From NCBI GenBank assembly GCA_021432655.1, contig MU271258.1, positions 29,774-93,773 of the forward strand: 64,000 nt of DNA. Direction: 5' to 3'. Numbering within the stretch: position 1 is the stretch's first letter; the number at the start of each line of letters is the position of its first letter. Source of the stretch: Atractiella rhizophila (Eukaryota). The notes beneath the pieces were generated by a model. That model saw nothing but the letters and a program-made list of their open reading frames with translations, was not told the origin of the DNA and searched no databases. The position numbers and the translations under genes are program-made. Below are positions 52,753-64,000 of this stretch, in pieces.

Positions 52753-55652
52753 GTTTCGCTCCCCGTCACGTTTCTACTATCCTGATGCACCGAACAGAAT
52801 TTCGATCCTCTTGGGACGCATACCGGAGACAGTATTGTCGTTGCCCCTAGTCAGACGTTAACAGGTGGGCCGCTTGCGAATGGAACCTGTTCTCCCTCTG
52901 ATTACTAGACAGATGATGAGTATCACATGCTTCGCACGGCAGCCATCAAAATTGTACGCCATGTTGGTGAGCTCTCATTGGCATCTTAATTTAGTGCCTC
53001 TGGGACTAAACCTTGAGTCAGGCGTTGTCGGTGAATGCAACGTTCAATATGCCCTCAATCCCGAATCGCGAGAGTACATGACTATCGAAATGAACGCACG
53101 TCTCAGTCGTTCGAGCGCGCTTGCGTCCAAGGCGACAGGATACCCTCTTGCATATACCGCTGCTAAACTTGCTTTGGGCCATACTTTGCCAGAGCTTCCA
53201 AATGCCGTGACGAAGAATACGACCGCTTGCTTCGAACCTTCCCTTGATTATATCGTTACCAAGATTCCAAAATGGGACCTGAAAAAGTTCCAATATGTCA
53301 ATCGCGAAGTTGGGTCATCGATGAAGTCAGTTGGAGAGGTCATGGCTATCGGACGCACTTTCGAGGAAAGCTTACAGAAAGCTATTCGACAAATTGATCC
53401 TCTGTACTCAGGCTTCAAGGCATATTTTAAGCCAGACGACCTCGATCATGCCCTTTCCGTGCCAACGGATATGCGATTGTTTGCCATCGCGGACGCCATG
53501 CTTAACCATAACTATTCGGTGGACAAGATTCACGACTTAACCAAGATCACAAAATGGTTCCTCTTCAAACTCGAAAACATCGTACAAACCCAAACTCTGC
53601 TCAAGGATTCAGTTGCGTCTATGCAAGGCATCGACCGGGACTTGATGAAACGGGCAAAGGTCATGGGATTCTCCGACAGGCAGATCGGAGAACTTATCGG
53701 CGCCAGTGAAGATCAAGTGCGAGCCAGGCGGAAACAACTTGGAGTTACACCTTGGGTGAAAAGGATCGATACGTTGGCGGCAGAGTACCCTGCTCATACC
53801 AACTACCTCTACACCACATATCACGCCTCATCCCACGATGTCACTTTCGATGACAAGGGCACCATGGTCCTCGGAAGTGGTGTGTATAGGATTGGCAGCT
53901 CGGTAGAGTTCGATTGGTGTGCTGTTACCTGCGCGAGGACTGTGAAGGAACTCGGAAAGAAGACCGTAATGGTCAATTATAACCCTGAGACGGTGTCCAC
54001 CGATTTTGACGAAGCCGATCGTCTTTATTTTGAAGAACTCGGCTGGGAGAGGGTTATGGATATCTACGAGCTAGAGGGTGCGGAAGGTGTGGTTGTCAGT
54101 GTTGGTGGTATGTTCTTCTTGCTATTCATGACTGTAGAGTTAAGCTCATCATTGTTAGGTCAACTTCCGCAGAACATTGCTCTGAGACTGAAGAAGTCTG
54201 GCGTCAATGTCCTTGGCACTGACCCAGAGATGATCGACAGTGCTGAAGATCGTCACAAGTTCTCAAGTGTGCTTGATTCTATTGGTGTGGATCAACCTGA
54301 GTGGACGGAAGCCACAACTCTGGAGGCAGCGAAGGCATTTGCCAATGAAGTGGGATACCCCGTGCTCATACGACCCAGCTACGTCTTGTCTGGAGCCGCG
54401 ATGAACGTTGTGTGGGATGAGACGACTCTAAATCATTCTCTGTCTGCCGCAGCCGAAGTGTCCCCTGAGCATCCCGCTGTCATCACCAAGTTTATCGATA
54501 CGGCTCAAGAAATCGATGTTGACGCTGTGGCTCACAATGGGGAGTTAATTGTTCATGCAGTCTCGGAGCATGTCGAGAATGCAGGTGTCCATTCAGGAGA
54601 CGCAACTCTTGTTCTGCCCCCGTTTTCTCTGGATCTCGACGACTTAACCGAGTTGAAGGAAATTACGAAGAAGGTTGCCAAAGCGTTCAAAATATCAGGA
54701 CCGTTCAACATGCAAGTCATTAGGAAGGAAGGTGATAACGCGGAGGATCCAACCCAGTACAAGGTTATCGAGTGCAATTTGCGTGCATCCCGAAGCTTTC
54801 CTTTCGTATCCAAAGTTCTCGGTGTCAATTTTATCGAGATTGCGACGAAAGCTATCACAGGTGTCAGCGTCCCAGAACCAATGGATCTGATGGAACAGAA
54901 AAGACCCTACACAGCCATCAAAGTTCCCCAATTCTCGTGGACCCGACTCGCAGGAGCGGATCCTTTCTTGGGAGTTGGTGCGTCTTCTGGGGTCATCCAG
55001 TCTACAGTTTGCTAACATAAGAGACAGAAATGGCTTCAACAGGAGAGGTCGCGTCTTTCGGCGTGGATGTTCACGAAGCATACTGGGCTTCGCTGCTCTC
55101 AACCAACAACTTCAAGCTTCCTCGTCCAGGATCTGGGGTACTCATTGGCGGGGATATCAACAAGCCGGAACTTGTCACCGTGGCTGTGGGCCTGTCTCAA
55201 ATGGGCTTCAAGCTCTACGTGTCAAACAAAAAGGCAGAAAATTTCCTGAACGGTTTGACTGGCGTCGCCCAAACTGGCCTCATCAAAAAGGTTGAACGGA
55301 TCATTTTCCCAAAACTTGATAAGCGGAAATTGAGAGAGGTTTTCGAGCGATATGATATCCAATTCGTGATCAACCTCGCTAACACCCGCGGGAAAGACAT
55401 TGTAGACGAAGATTATGTTGCCAGAAGGTGCGCTATTGTGCTGATCAGTTCATATTGTGGTCTTACGCTTTCTGCCTTAGGAACGCTGTTGATTTTGGAA
55501 TCCCTCTCATAAACAACGCACGTTGTGCCCAGTTGTTCGTGGAAGCATTTGCAAAGAAGAGGGAGAGTGGAGGGGTCAATTTCAGATATATCGAAGGCCA
55601 AATACCTCCAGAGGTTCGACCCTGGAGCGATTTTCTCGGTCACCATGCATAG
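51588..55652 (+). CDS. CPA2: Arginine-specific carbamoyl-phosphate synthase large chain, mitochondrial
   Basis: Mitochondrial-presequence-like N-terminus; [87 protein letters not shown] and an MGS-like tail. No glutaminase or ATCase domains. Confidence 0.95.
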
Positions 55653-55912
55653 ACTGACTCAAAAAGTCCACGTCAAGGGACAATGTATATATATAAATGT
55701 AGTAAAGCCTATTAATTAGACACTTTGAGATCAACCTACCTACTGTCGCCTGCATTATGCCCCGAGAGCGACGGCCTGTTGACTCGCCAATTTGGCAGCA
55801 GGGGATTATACATGTTCAATTTTCTATTCATTCCAATAGCGTTTACAAATCCAGCCTTGATGCCTCTTTGTACATCCGCCGGAAGCGACCTCAAAAGTAC
55901 TTATTGTGCGAA

Positions 55913-57645
55913 CTATGCAGCACTTCCGAAAATGGTGTACCGACGTGCGATCGATGGACCTATAACTTGTCAGTTTTTGCTAGTTTATTGATCGAAAGTC
56001 GTACCGTGTTCAGCGTAGTCCTAAGACAATCACAATGTCAGCATTCATCAGGGAAAAAATATGGTTCTCACAGCTTTGGAAACGCAATATGAATGGAATT
56101 CAGGCTGTGCAAGGATTGTTAGCAATAGCGGTCTCTGTAGGAAGAGCATACAGTTGACGCAAGCAGCGAGCCTCCAAACCATACGGCATACTAAAGAACA
56201 AGTGTGAGGGAGAGCTATTCAAACTTGGGATAGCCCACGCACCCTCTGCCGTTTGTGACTGATTACGTTGACATCCACGCCGCTCGATCTCATCAGTCCA
56301 CCGCTCATTGTCTCCGATGAGGCGATGCGATCATCCACCAAGTGCTTCAAGTCCCTTTGCAGACGCCGCGAAAAGTGGTCGAACATGGTCGATCCTCCCG
56401 AAAGAACGATGTTCTTGTAGAGGCCACGTCTAACATCAATGGGAGAGGTTTGGATAACTTGATCCACCACCTCAGGTAATGGAGTTAGAAAGTCGGACGA
56501 GGCGATTTCAGGGTTAAAGAAGATTTCGGGACCTAAAAACCTTTCGAAACCGACGTCGATGGAGTATTGCTAGATATACATTAGTAGGCGCCATGAGACA
56601 GGATAGCACAATTACTCTGCCCGTAACTGAGTGCACGCCATGATACTTGTCAAAGTACTTATCCGGCTCCTTCTCATACTTCTTAATTTCCTTGACCATG
56701 TCTCCGCAAACATATCCCCAGCGCTCCTTGATCTCGCCAGCAACCTTCAGCTGATCTTCAGGTGGGATGACGGCAGTCTCTCCGCGCTCACGGAGTAGTT
56801 GTTGGACGAAGTTGGTAATTGATCGGCCCGCCAATGGAACGGATTTGAGAGAGGAGCCAATAACGTAGCCTTCTGCCTATAGAAGAATAATTGATCAGCA
56901 ATCGTACGACCGCGAGGAGCTAATCCATAAACCATGGATGCTTTGAAAGGAATAGCCACTAACCACAGGGATAACGTGCGTGACACCATCTCCACTATCA
57001 ATTACGGTTCCAGTGAGAGTTCTGTCTTGAACCTTTCCGCTTGTCCAAGAGGCGGCGAGCGCGAGAACGGCTTGAACGGCAATGTAGAGTCCTTGCACGT
57101 TGAACGTCTCGAAAAAGATCTCTGCGGTGTTTTCTCTGTTTTCGGGGGGGTTAAGAGGTGGTTCGGTGAGAAGGAAATGGTGATCCTCGGGTTCGGCTCT
57201 GAGATATTGGAAGATGCTCTGGCTCCAGTATCTCTCCATCAAATCCCAGTCTTCGATCTCTCCCTGTTTGATGGGATATTGGACCGAATAAGTCTTTGAC
57301 TTCTTGAGTGCTTCCCATCCTATGAAGAAATCCAGGTCTTCGATTCCTCTTTTCGAAGCTAGATGGCTAGAGGAGGTTGGATTGGAAGAGAGTCCACCGG
57401 GCTTTGATGGCGGCGGCGGAGGGGGACCCTTTGTCGATGCCAACGATGAAGTTCCTGGACCCGATCTGACGGCAATTGCTGTTGGAAACACGAAAGAAGG
57501 GTCACTGTTCCCGGCGAAACCGAGCTTGGAGTACCCCGTGCCGTTGTCGATAACTATTCCAGCGTGCCACTCGTCAGCGCACCTCCCCGATTTCCGTGAA
57601 ACACGTCGTGAGAAGCAACGCACCGATAGGAGCTAGGCGCGACAT
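55913..57645 (-). CDS. ARP3: Actin-related protein 3 (Arp2/3 complex)
   Basis: [87 protein letters not shown]. Confidence 0.97.
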
Positions 57646-58003
57646 TGCGAATGATATTCTCTTTCGAGCTGACTTGTGCGCCGAGGCAGTCAGAGCAGTC
57701 TTATACCGTCGATGCTGCGAGTGCGCAGTGCCCACGCAGCAGTGGCGGCCGGAAATGTGTCGCAGCAGGTGTTGTGGAAGGTGTTGTTGGCATGGCCTGC
57801 TCAGTGTTGCTCTCTCTATTCGCTCGCTACGAACGCTCTAAATCTTGAACCCTTAAGGTCGAGGCGTTTTTCCGCTCACTAATAACGACCGCTTGCCCTC
57901 AAACTTCCAACTCTCAAGACTTCTCCAACGCGAACTCCACCTCCAAGCACTCCACAAAGCTCGCTAAATTACCGATACGCGGCTTAGCTCTTCTTGGACC
58001 CAA

Positions 58004-59674
58004 ATGTTACCTCTACCACTCCGTCTCCTGTTTCTCTTGGACCTCGGAGTTCTCAGCTGGTACAGCAATCTGACCCTGTTGAAAGCCGTTGGTATAGACG
58101 CCAATGACCTCGTGTGGCAGCGCACAGCGCCTTCTCCTACCTCCCCAACAGAAGAATCTCCTCGCAATCTCCTGCCCACGTCCAGTCACGAGCCGAGTCC
58201 ACTTCCACCATTACTCGATTGGAAGATTGGGTATCGCATTGCAGGCTACTGGACAGCATTGGTCGCAGTCGGCGTCGCCTGCCACGCAAGATGGGCACAA
58301 AATCCTCCCATACATCCCCCTACATACCCCATCTGCGCGTTCCTACCTTTCGTCCGCATCCCCACTTCAAGACTTCACATTCCACTTTTCAGCCCTGCAC
58401 TCAGAAAAATAGCCCACATCCTCCCATTCTCACAAGTCCGGCAATATCCATCCCAACCTATCAAATTTCAACTCGTCTCAAGAGTCACATTTCTTGATGT
58501 GCTTATGTTTGACGTTTTGACCAGCTTTGCAAAGGTCGGCGGTGATATGTGGGAAGGGCTCGCAGACTGGCTGACAGCTTTCTCTTACCTGTCTGTTCTG
58601 CGGGGAAACGAAAACAATGAGGTGGGATGGGGCAAATGTTTCGTTGTGAGGTTTGCATCCCTCCACACAGGTCATTTTTCTATTAACTAACATCGCTTCT
58701 ACTACAGTTTGCCGTATATCTGTAGACTCCGGCATTGCATCTCCGAATGTTTCACTACCTCATCCCCGTCTATTCGTCGACGATCAATAGCCAACGCTGT
58801 CAAATATTTTTCTTCCTTCCCCGTCATAGTCCTCTCTACCTTAATGGGACGTCATGCGGATCCTTTCGACGAGGAGCATAAGGATCAAAGGGCCTCAGAT
58901 ATAATATCCTTGACGTCTAGCTCTAGCAGCCTTTTCCGCTTATGGCTAATTGCCGTCTTCATCAATTCTCTGTATTCATTTTGGTGGGATGTCACGAATG
59001 ATTGGGGACTGCGGTTATTTCTTCCCGAAAGTTGGAAGAAAGCTTCTCTCGAGGTGCTCAAACGCCGGAATTTGTCCCATCAGACATCGGGTCATCAGCC
59101 GCTGCAAGAATTAGGGTCATCGGATGGGGAACAATTTGAAGTTGCTGAAAAGCGCGCTGAGTCCTCGCAGCTGAAAAATGTTGGCTCCCGTCACCGCTCT
59201 GGTAGCTTAGAAATGCCTACGTCTAGCCGACCAACAGGTTCAAAAAATTCTAGCTCCATTGCCCCATCCGAACATCCATTTCGCTCACACAAATCTTCCG
59301 CATCGGCACCGTCAATAGCCACATTCCGATCCCGTCCCTCGGTCCAATACCATTTGCTTCGCCCTTTCCTCGTCCTGCGCGATCCATCTATCTACTATGC
59401 CATAATCGTACTTGATTTCATGCTGCGAATAACTTGGTCAATCAAGCTAAGCGCCCATCTGCACCATGTGTCGGAAATCGAGTCAGGCATCTTTCTTCTC
59501 GAGATTCTCGAGATTGTGCGGAGATGGCTGTGGATTTTTTTCCGTGTGGAATGGGAATGGATCAAGAGATCTGGTTTGCAGCAACCGGATGCTTTGGAAG
59601 GTGAGCTGGATAAAGTGCCAATAGATGACAAGTCAGAGCCTCTGAGCTTAACAACCATGGCTGGGAGGAACTAG
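58004..59674 (+). CDS. ERD1: EXS-family membrane protein (Erd1-like)
   Basis: DVLMFDVLTSFAKV, LPYICRLRHC, NAVKY, INSLYSFWWDVTNDWGL, DFMLRITW, LEIVRRWLWIFFRVEWE. No SPX domain. Confidence 0.85.
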
Positions 59675-59849
59675 CCGCAGGGTTTTTGTTGTTTAATATT
59701 CGCCATTGCGTTATATATGTTCGCCTTTCACCGCATTTAGTTTTTCGGCCAAATGTTGTAGAATGGTCAAACAATTTCTATTTGATAGACTGCAACATCT
59801 TCATCTTATCAACAACAATCTCCTTACGACCGGATGGAAAGTGGTCAAT

Positions 59850-62596
59850 TCATTTTGAGGGTTGGTTGCTCTTATCCAGACGATTTTGGATGTTAAGCCG
59901 GTGAGAACGATTCCTTAGGTGCACTGGGAACATGGTTGAGGAAGATAGTTGAAGGTATTAGACTCTTACCTTCAAAGTTAGTGAGCGATTCCTCGGGTCC
60001 GACATTATACAACTGCGCACAAGCTACTTGATTCAGGCTCTTTTGAATCTCAAACTCAAGCTCACCTTGCCTAGATGGAGGTCAAGCTCAGTCACTGTGT
60101 GCCCCCAGATGCAAGGAATAGACATTACCTGGACAATCATTGCACCGTATCCGCCAGCCATCAGGTAAATTGGGTTTTGGGACTGTCTCAAATCTATCAT
60201 TGGGCCAAGCAGACCGTAACGTAGTGACACAGTTTAAAAGCCACTGTGGAGGTACAATTGCCATCGATGACGAGCCAGCACCTTGCACAGATTCGTCCAC
60301 GCTTGTGCTAGCAACCAGCGGTTCATGTTCTGTGGAAGGTTGCGCTGTGACTTCCTCCTGTTTGCCTTCCACCAATGGATCGGGACATGCCGCAGTAGAA
60401 GCTGTTTCTGAAGTGTGTCCCGTGAACGTTTGTGGATGATCTTCCAGGGACACCACAGAGCCAATGTTCGGTATTGAATCAGAAGGAACAAACGCCGGGG
60501 ATCCGTTGTCAGACGAGGCATGTTCTTCAACTATAGCGTCTACGACAATCGGGACAGAAGCAGAAATTTCGGATGCGCTCGCTGGAGTTGGAATATCAGT
60601 TGACTGAGAAATCAGGTTTTTTTGGCGAACTTTCTTTAACGGAGTAAGTTTTAGTGAATCCGTTTCACCACCCTCTAGACCGTCCTTCTTTGACGCGCCA
60701 AAACGGGATCTAGGCGGTGAACTCTCTCGGGTACTCTTTGGAGCAATTTCCTTGAAACCCTTCACAATTTCAAAAGCAATAGCTAGTTCAGGAGGAAGCG
60801 AAATCATGTCGCCATTACTGTCCGGAATTGGAGGCGGTGCACTCCCCCCAGGTTTTGGGACTGGAACCCGATGTGTAGGAATGAAGTCACGATCAGGCAG
60901 AACGGTCGCTCGATTTCTACCTCGGGTTTGTCTTCGAGTCCTCCGAGTCTGACGCTCTCTCTCCCGTTCGTTATGTTCCAGCTCCTTCAAGGAAAGCGTT
61001 TGCAGCTGAGGCGAATAATCTGATACTTCCGAACGAAATACGTCCGTTATAGGAGGAAGGAAAGAAGCTCGCAGGTCGTCATCTCGCACAATATCTCCTT
61101 CAATGTGTCCAATCAAGAATAGCGACTTGACGTAAATTTCGGCCTGTTCTCTTATCGAGTGTGCCACAGCGGTTCTGAGTCACAAAATAAATATATGTAG
61201 AATATCGGTGAAGAACGAACGTGAATTCCCCTGGAAGACCCAGATCTGCGGTGTAAAGTTCTGCTAAGTGTTCGGGAACGTTGAGGGCATCGCCTAAATC
61301 CCAATCAAATTGGTCTTTTAGGTTAAGGTTGTCCACGGTGATATCAATTTTGACGTTAATCCGGAACTCTTGGTTGTCAAACTCTCTCAAAGCATCACTA
61401 CCCATTGTCATGACCTCCGTCGCACCGCCGGGGACGGCATCACTCCCCGATCCAACCTTCAACCTTTTACGCCAACGCGTCCACCACTTTTCATCTTCGC
61501 TAAATTCAAGACGCTCTTCATCAGTCCGGGGTCGCTTGGCATTGAAATTGATATAGTAATCTTCGCGAACTTTAAAATCATCCAGCTGTTGCTTGATTGT
61601 GGACACGACATCGTTGTAAAAATGATGGATATGTTCCTTCGGAACCTGGAGGTCGACGATGAGATGGGTCGCGAAGTCTTCAATGGAGATAGCAGTTTCC
61701 TTCAGGTTCCAGGTGAACGTATCTCGCAGGCTGAGGTTGTCATGCTGGATGTCAAGCCGGATGGGGACCAGGATTTCTTCCTCGGCAGCTAGAGCGTCTA
61801 ATTTCCTCCCGTCCAATTTGACCAAAGGACGGTTCTGCCTCTTCCTCCCCACCTTTTCTTTCGCCCATTGTTGTGGTAGACGAATTCTAGTGGGAGATGT
61901 ATTATACCTCTTCCCCGGGACCGTGTCGCGTCCCAACCAATCCTGATGCTGCTGAGAATCTTTCAGAACTTTGGTAAACTCAGCCTTGTGGTGAGATATA
62001 TGTTCTTTCACGTCCCGCTCGTATGCTAAATCCCGTGCCATCCATTCACGCAAACGTTGCTGATCTTCCGCTAAAGTTGTCGATTTAAGGTCAGAATCGT
62101 CGGTTGCAGTAACAGCTGTAAAGTGCTCATGGATAGGAAGGGTAGACGAAGCGGTTGCACTGGCGAGCTTCAGCGAATCCAGGATGGAGGGAGACGTCAA
62201 ATTTTGAATCTGGTTCATTTGAGCCTGGAGGTCATTAAGCGTTCTGTCGATCATGACCTGCATTGGATCCGTGCCGCTTGTCCGAAACTGGACGTCTGCA
62301 AGGGTCGTCTTGCCAGAGTCGAACACCGGACTGGTCATCCCATCTGACACGCTTCCAGCTGCCAAATGAAGCCCATTGGGTATCAGACCAGATTGTATGG
62401 GGCTGGAACGAGGAATACCCGGCAAAGAGTGCTGGTCGGGAGTAGAAGCGGACAATTGAGGCTGTTGCATTGGAAACTGAACATTTTGGTGCCCGAATTG
62501 GTTGTTCCCAGTGAGGTGGCGCTGACGCATCATTTGCAAGTCGTGGTGGCTCATGGAGGGGTTACCTGCTCGCCCAAACATGTCTTGTCGCATCAT
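59850..62596 (-). CDS. SNF5: SWI/SNF subunit Snf5
   Basis: LVPIRLDI..LRDTFTWN, RINVKIDITV..LKDQFDWD, DLGLPGEF..AHSIREQ. Gln-rich N-terminus and a C-terminal RIRCNDCPG...VHLRNRSH zinc-finger-like motif. Confidence 0.9.
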
Positions 62597-62665
62597 GTTG
62601 ATTGTTGAAAGTCGCCTGCCTAATGTGAGTCATGCTCAACTGCTGGCACAATTCAAAGTCCCTCG

Positions 62666-63600
62666 CAGGGCTGAGCACATTACAATATAATGTTAATCAT
62701 TACTTTTTTAATGCAAAATAATGCTTTTTTGGCACAGTATAATGTAATGCCTTTACTTTCAAAAAAAAATTGTCTATAAGATAAAGGTAATGCATTATTT
62801 TCTAATGATTATATTGCATTATAATGGCAGTACTTTTGTTCACAAAACACCAATTGATGGAGAACAATAAAAGACAACAAATATAATGGAAATCACCATA
62901 CCTCAATACAATAACAGGTGGAAAACCGTGTAACTATTTCACCCCCATTTATGCCTCCAAAGTTAATCAGAATTCATCAGGAACAGAAACACTTGATATA
63001 TCTGGTGAAGCTCTACTGTTAAGACAACTAAGCACTGAAAAAACAACCAGAAAATAAAAACTAATCCAAGCAAACCCAGCATACCTGGGTGCCCTACCAT
63101 ATGATATATAAGAAAGGTTTATTAATACCAGTGTTTTAAAGGGAATTGTACAAGAAATGGGAACAAGAGACAAGAATGGACGCAGAATTAAAGAAGGAAA
63201 ACGAAACACACTTAATGGCAGAGTTGATCTAACACTCTTCATTCCCAGTCTGTCTCCACCATTGCAAAGGTATAGTGGCTGTGGATGGCTCATAGAAAGA
63301 AGACCATTGAGATTGAGAGAGATCCAGAGGAAAGTTGTATGGCAGTCAACTTGTACTCCCTATGAGGAATTTTCATCAACATCTTAGATAATTCAGATTC
63401 ATTATAACCTAATATATACATAACTTTCTCCAGCAAGGTCACAACAAAGCATGTAGATCTCTTTGCAATATCAAGGGAAATGTATCTTTATATAAAAACA
63501 ACATTAAATGTGCACTTTTCAAGTGATTGCTGTGTTTTTTTTTGTAGAGTTCAAGGCCAATAGGTAGAGAATCAAACTACAAGAGCAGGTAAGAAAAATC
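62666..63600. mobile_element. Probable end of a DNA transposon (hAT-like) or degenerate repeat
   Basis: Abrupt switch to AT-rich, CpG-poor sequence starting cagggctgagcacattac, with many TAATG/CATTA motifs in both orientations. No partner terminus was seen in the window. Confidence 0.5.
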
Positions 63601-64000
63601 TTTGTTTCCTTTGTATGACATCCTGTCAAAGTACACGCTGCAATCAAGAGGTGCGCAAATGTCAGGCTTGCCCCTACGTATTACCGAAATGCACCATCTG
63701 AAGTCACGTGACCCATTTTACCACGTCATGGGAGTACGTGTCTACTTGTCGCCGCTTTGCTCATGCCCACGCTGTTCGCCGATTTCCCCTTTCTCATACG
63801 AATCGCCGCTCAGCAAAACTTACACATTTCGCCCGTCTGCACTGTCCCGTTTTCGCCTTACTACCCTTTCTCTCTAGTACTGCTCAGGATCTCTTATTTC
63901 CAAGATTCACTCTATTGCTTTCCTGAACTAGTTACCTTACATGTTTCAAGAAGCATATGTTACAGTTTATGGCAGTGCCTTTACGTATGTATATATACAT

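Overview
Gene-dense, intron-rich eukaryotic DNA (mostly ~50-nt introns, several micro-exons) that looks fungal and most likely basidiomycete (inferred from the Gpa4-type G-alpha proteins, NoxR and intron style; not confirmed). About 20 protein genes can be traced. They include a patatin-NB(STAND)-TPR NLR-type immune receptor with a 120-bp repeat array, RVB2, a Zn2Cys6 factor, RER1, HRD3/SEL1, EFG1, a Ser/Thr-rich membrane protein and a Pho85-type cyclin. Further right lie an RRM protein, a secreted two-domain Cys-rich protein, IFA38, eIF4G, TFIIIC subunit 6, two atypical G-alpha genes flanking noxR, a GT49 glycosyltransferase, CPA2, ARP3, an ERD1/EXS gene and SNF5, plus a probable transposon end at the right edge. 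Highlights: (1) the NLR has variable TPR ligand positions and a patatin domain lacking the catalytic Asp; (2) a G-alpha/noxR/G-alpha triad in which both G-alphas lack the catalytic Gln and have micro-exon-encoded P-loops; (3) four two-copy tandem duplications (82, 108, 1297 and 2242 bp), at least one of which looks like two haplotypes assembled in tandem; (4) an unrecognised secreted Cys-rich repeat domain. Exon boundaries were read by eye, and the first ~2.1 kb may be low-quality sequence.
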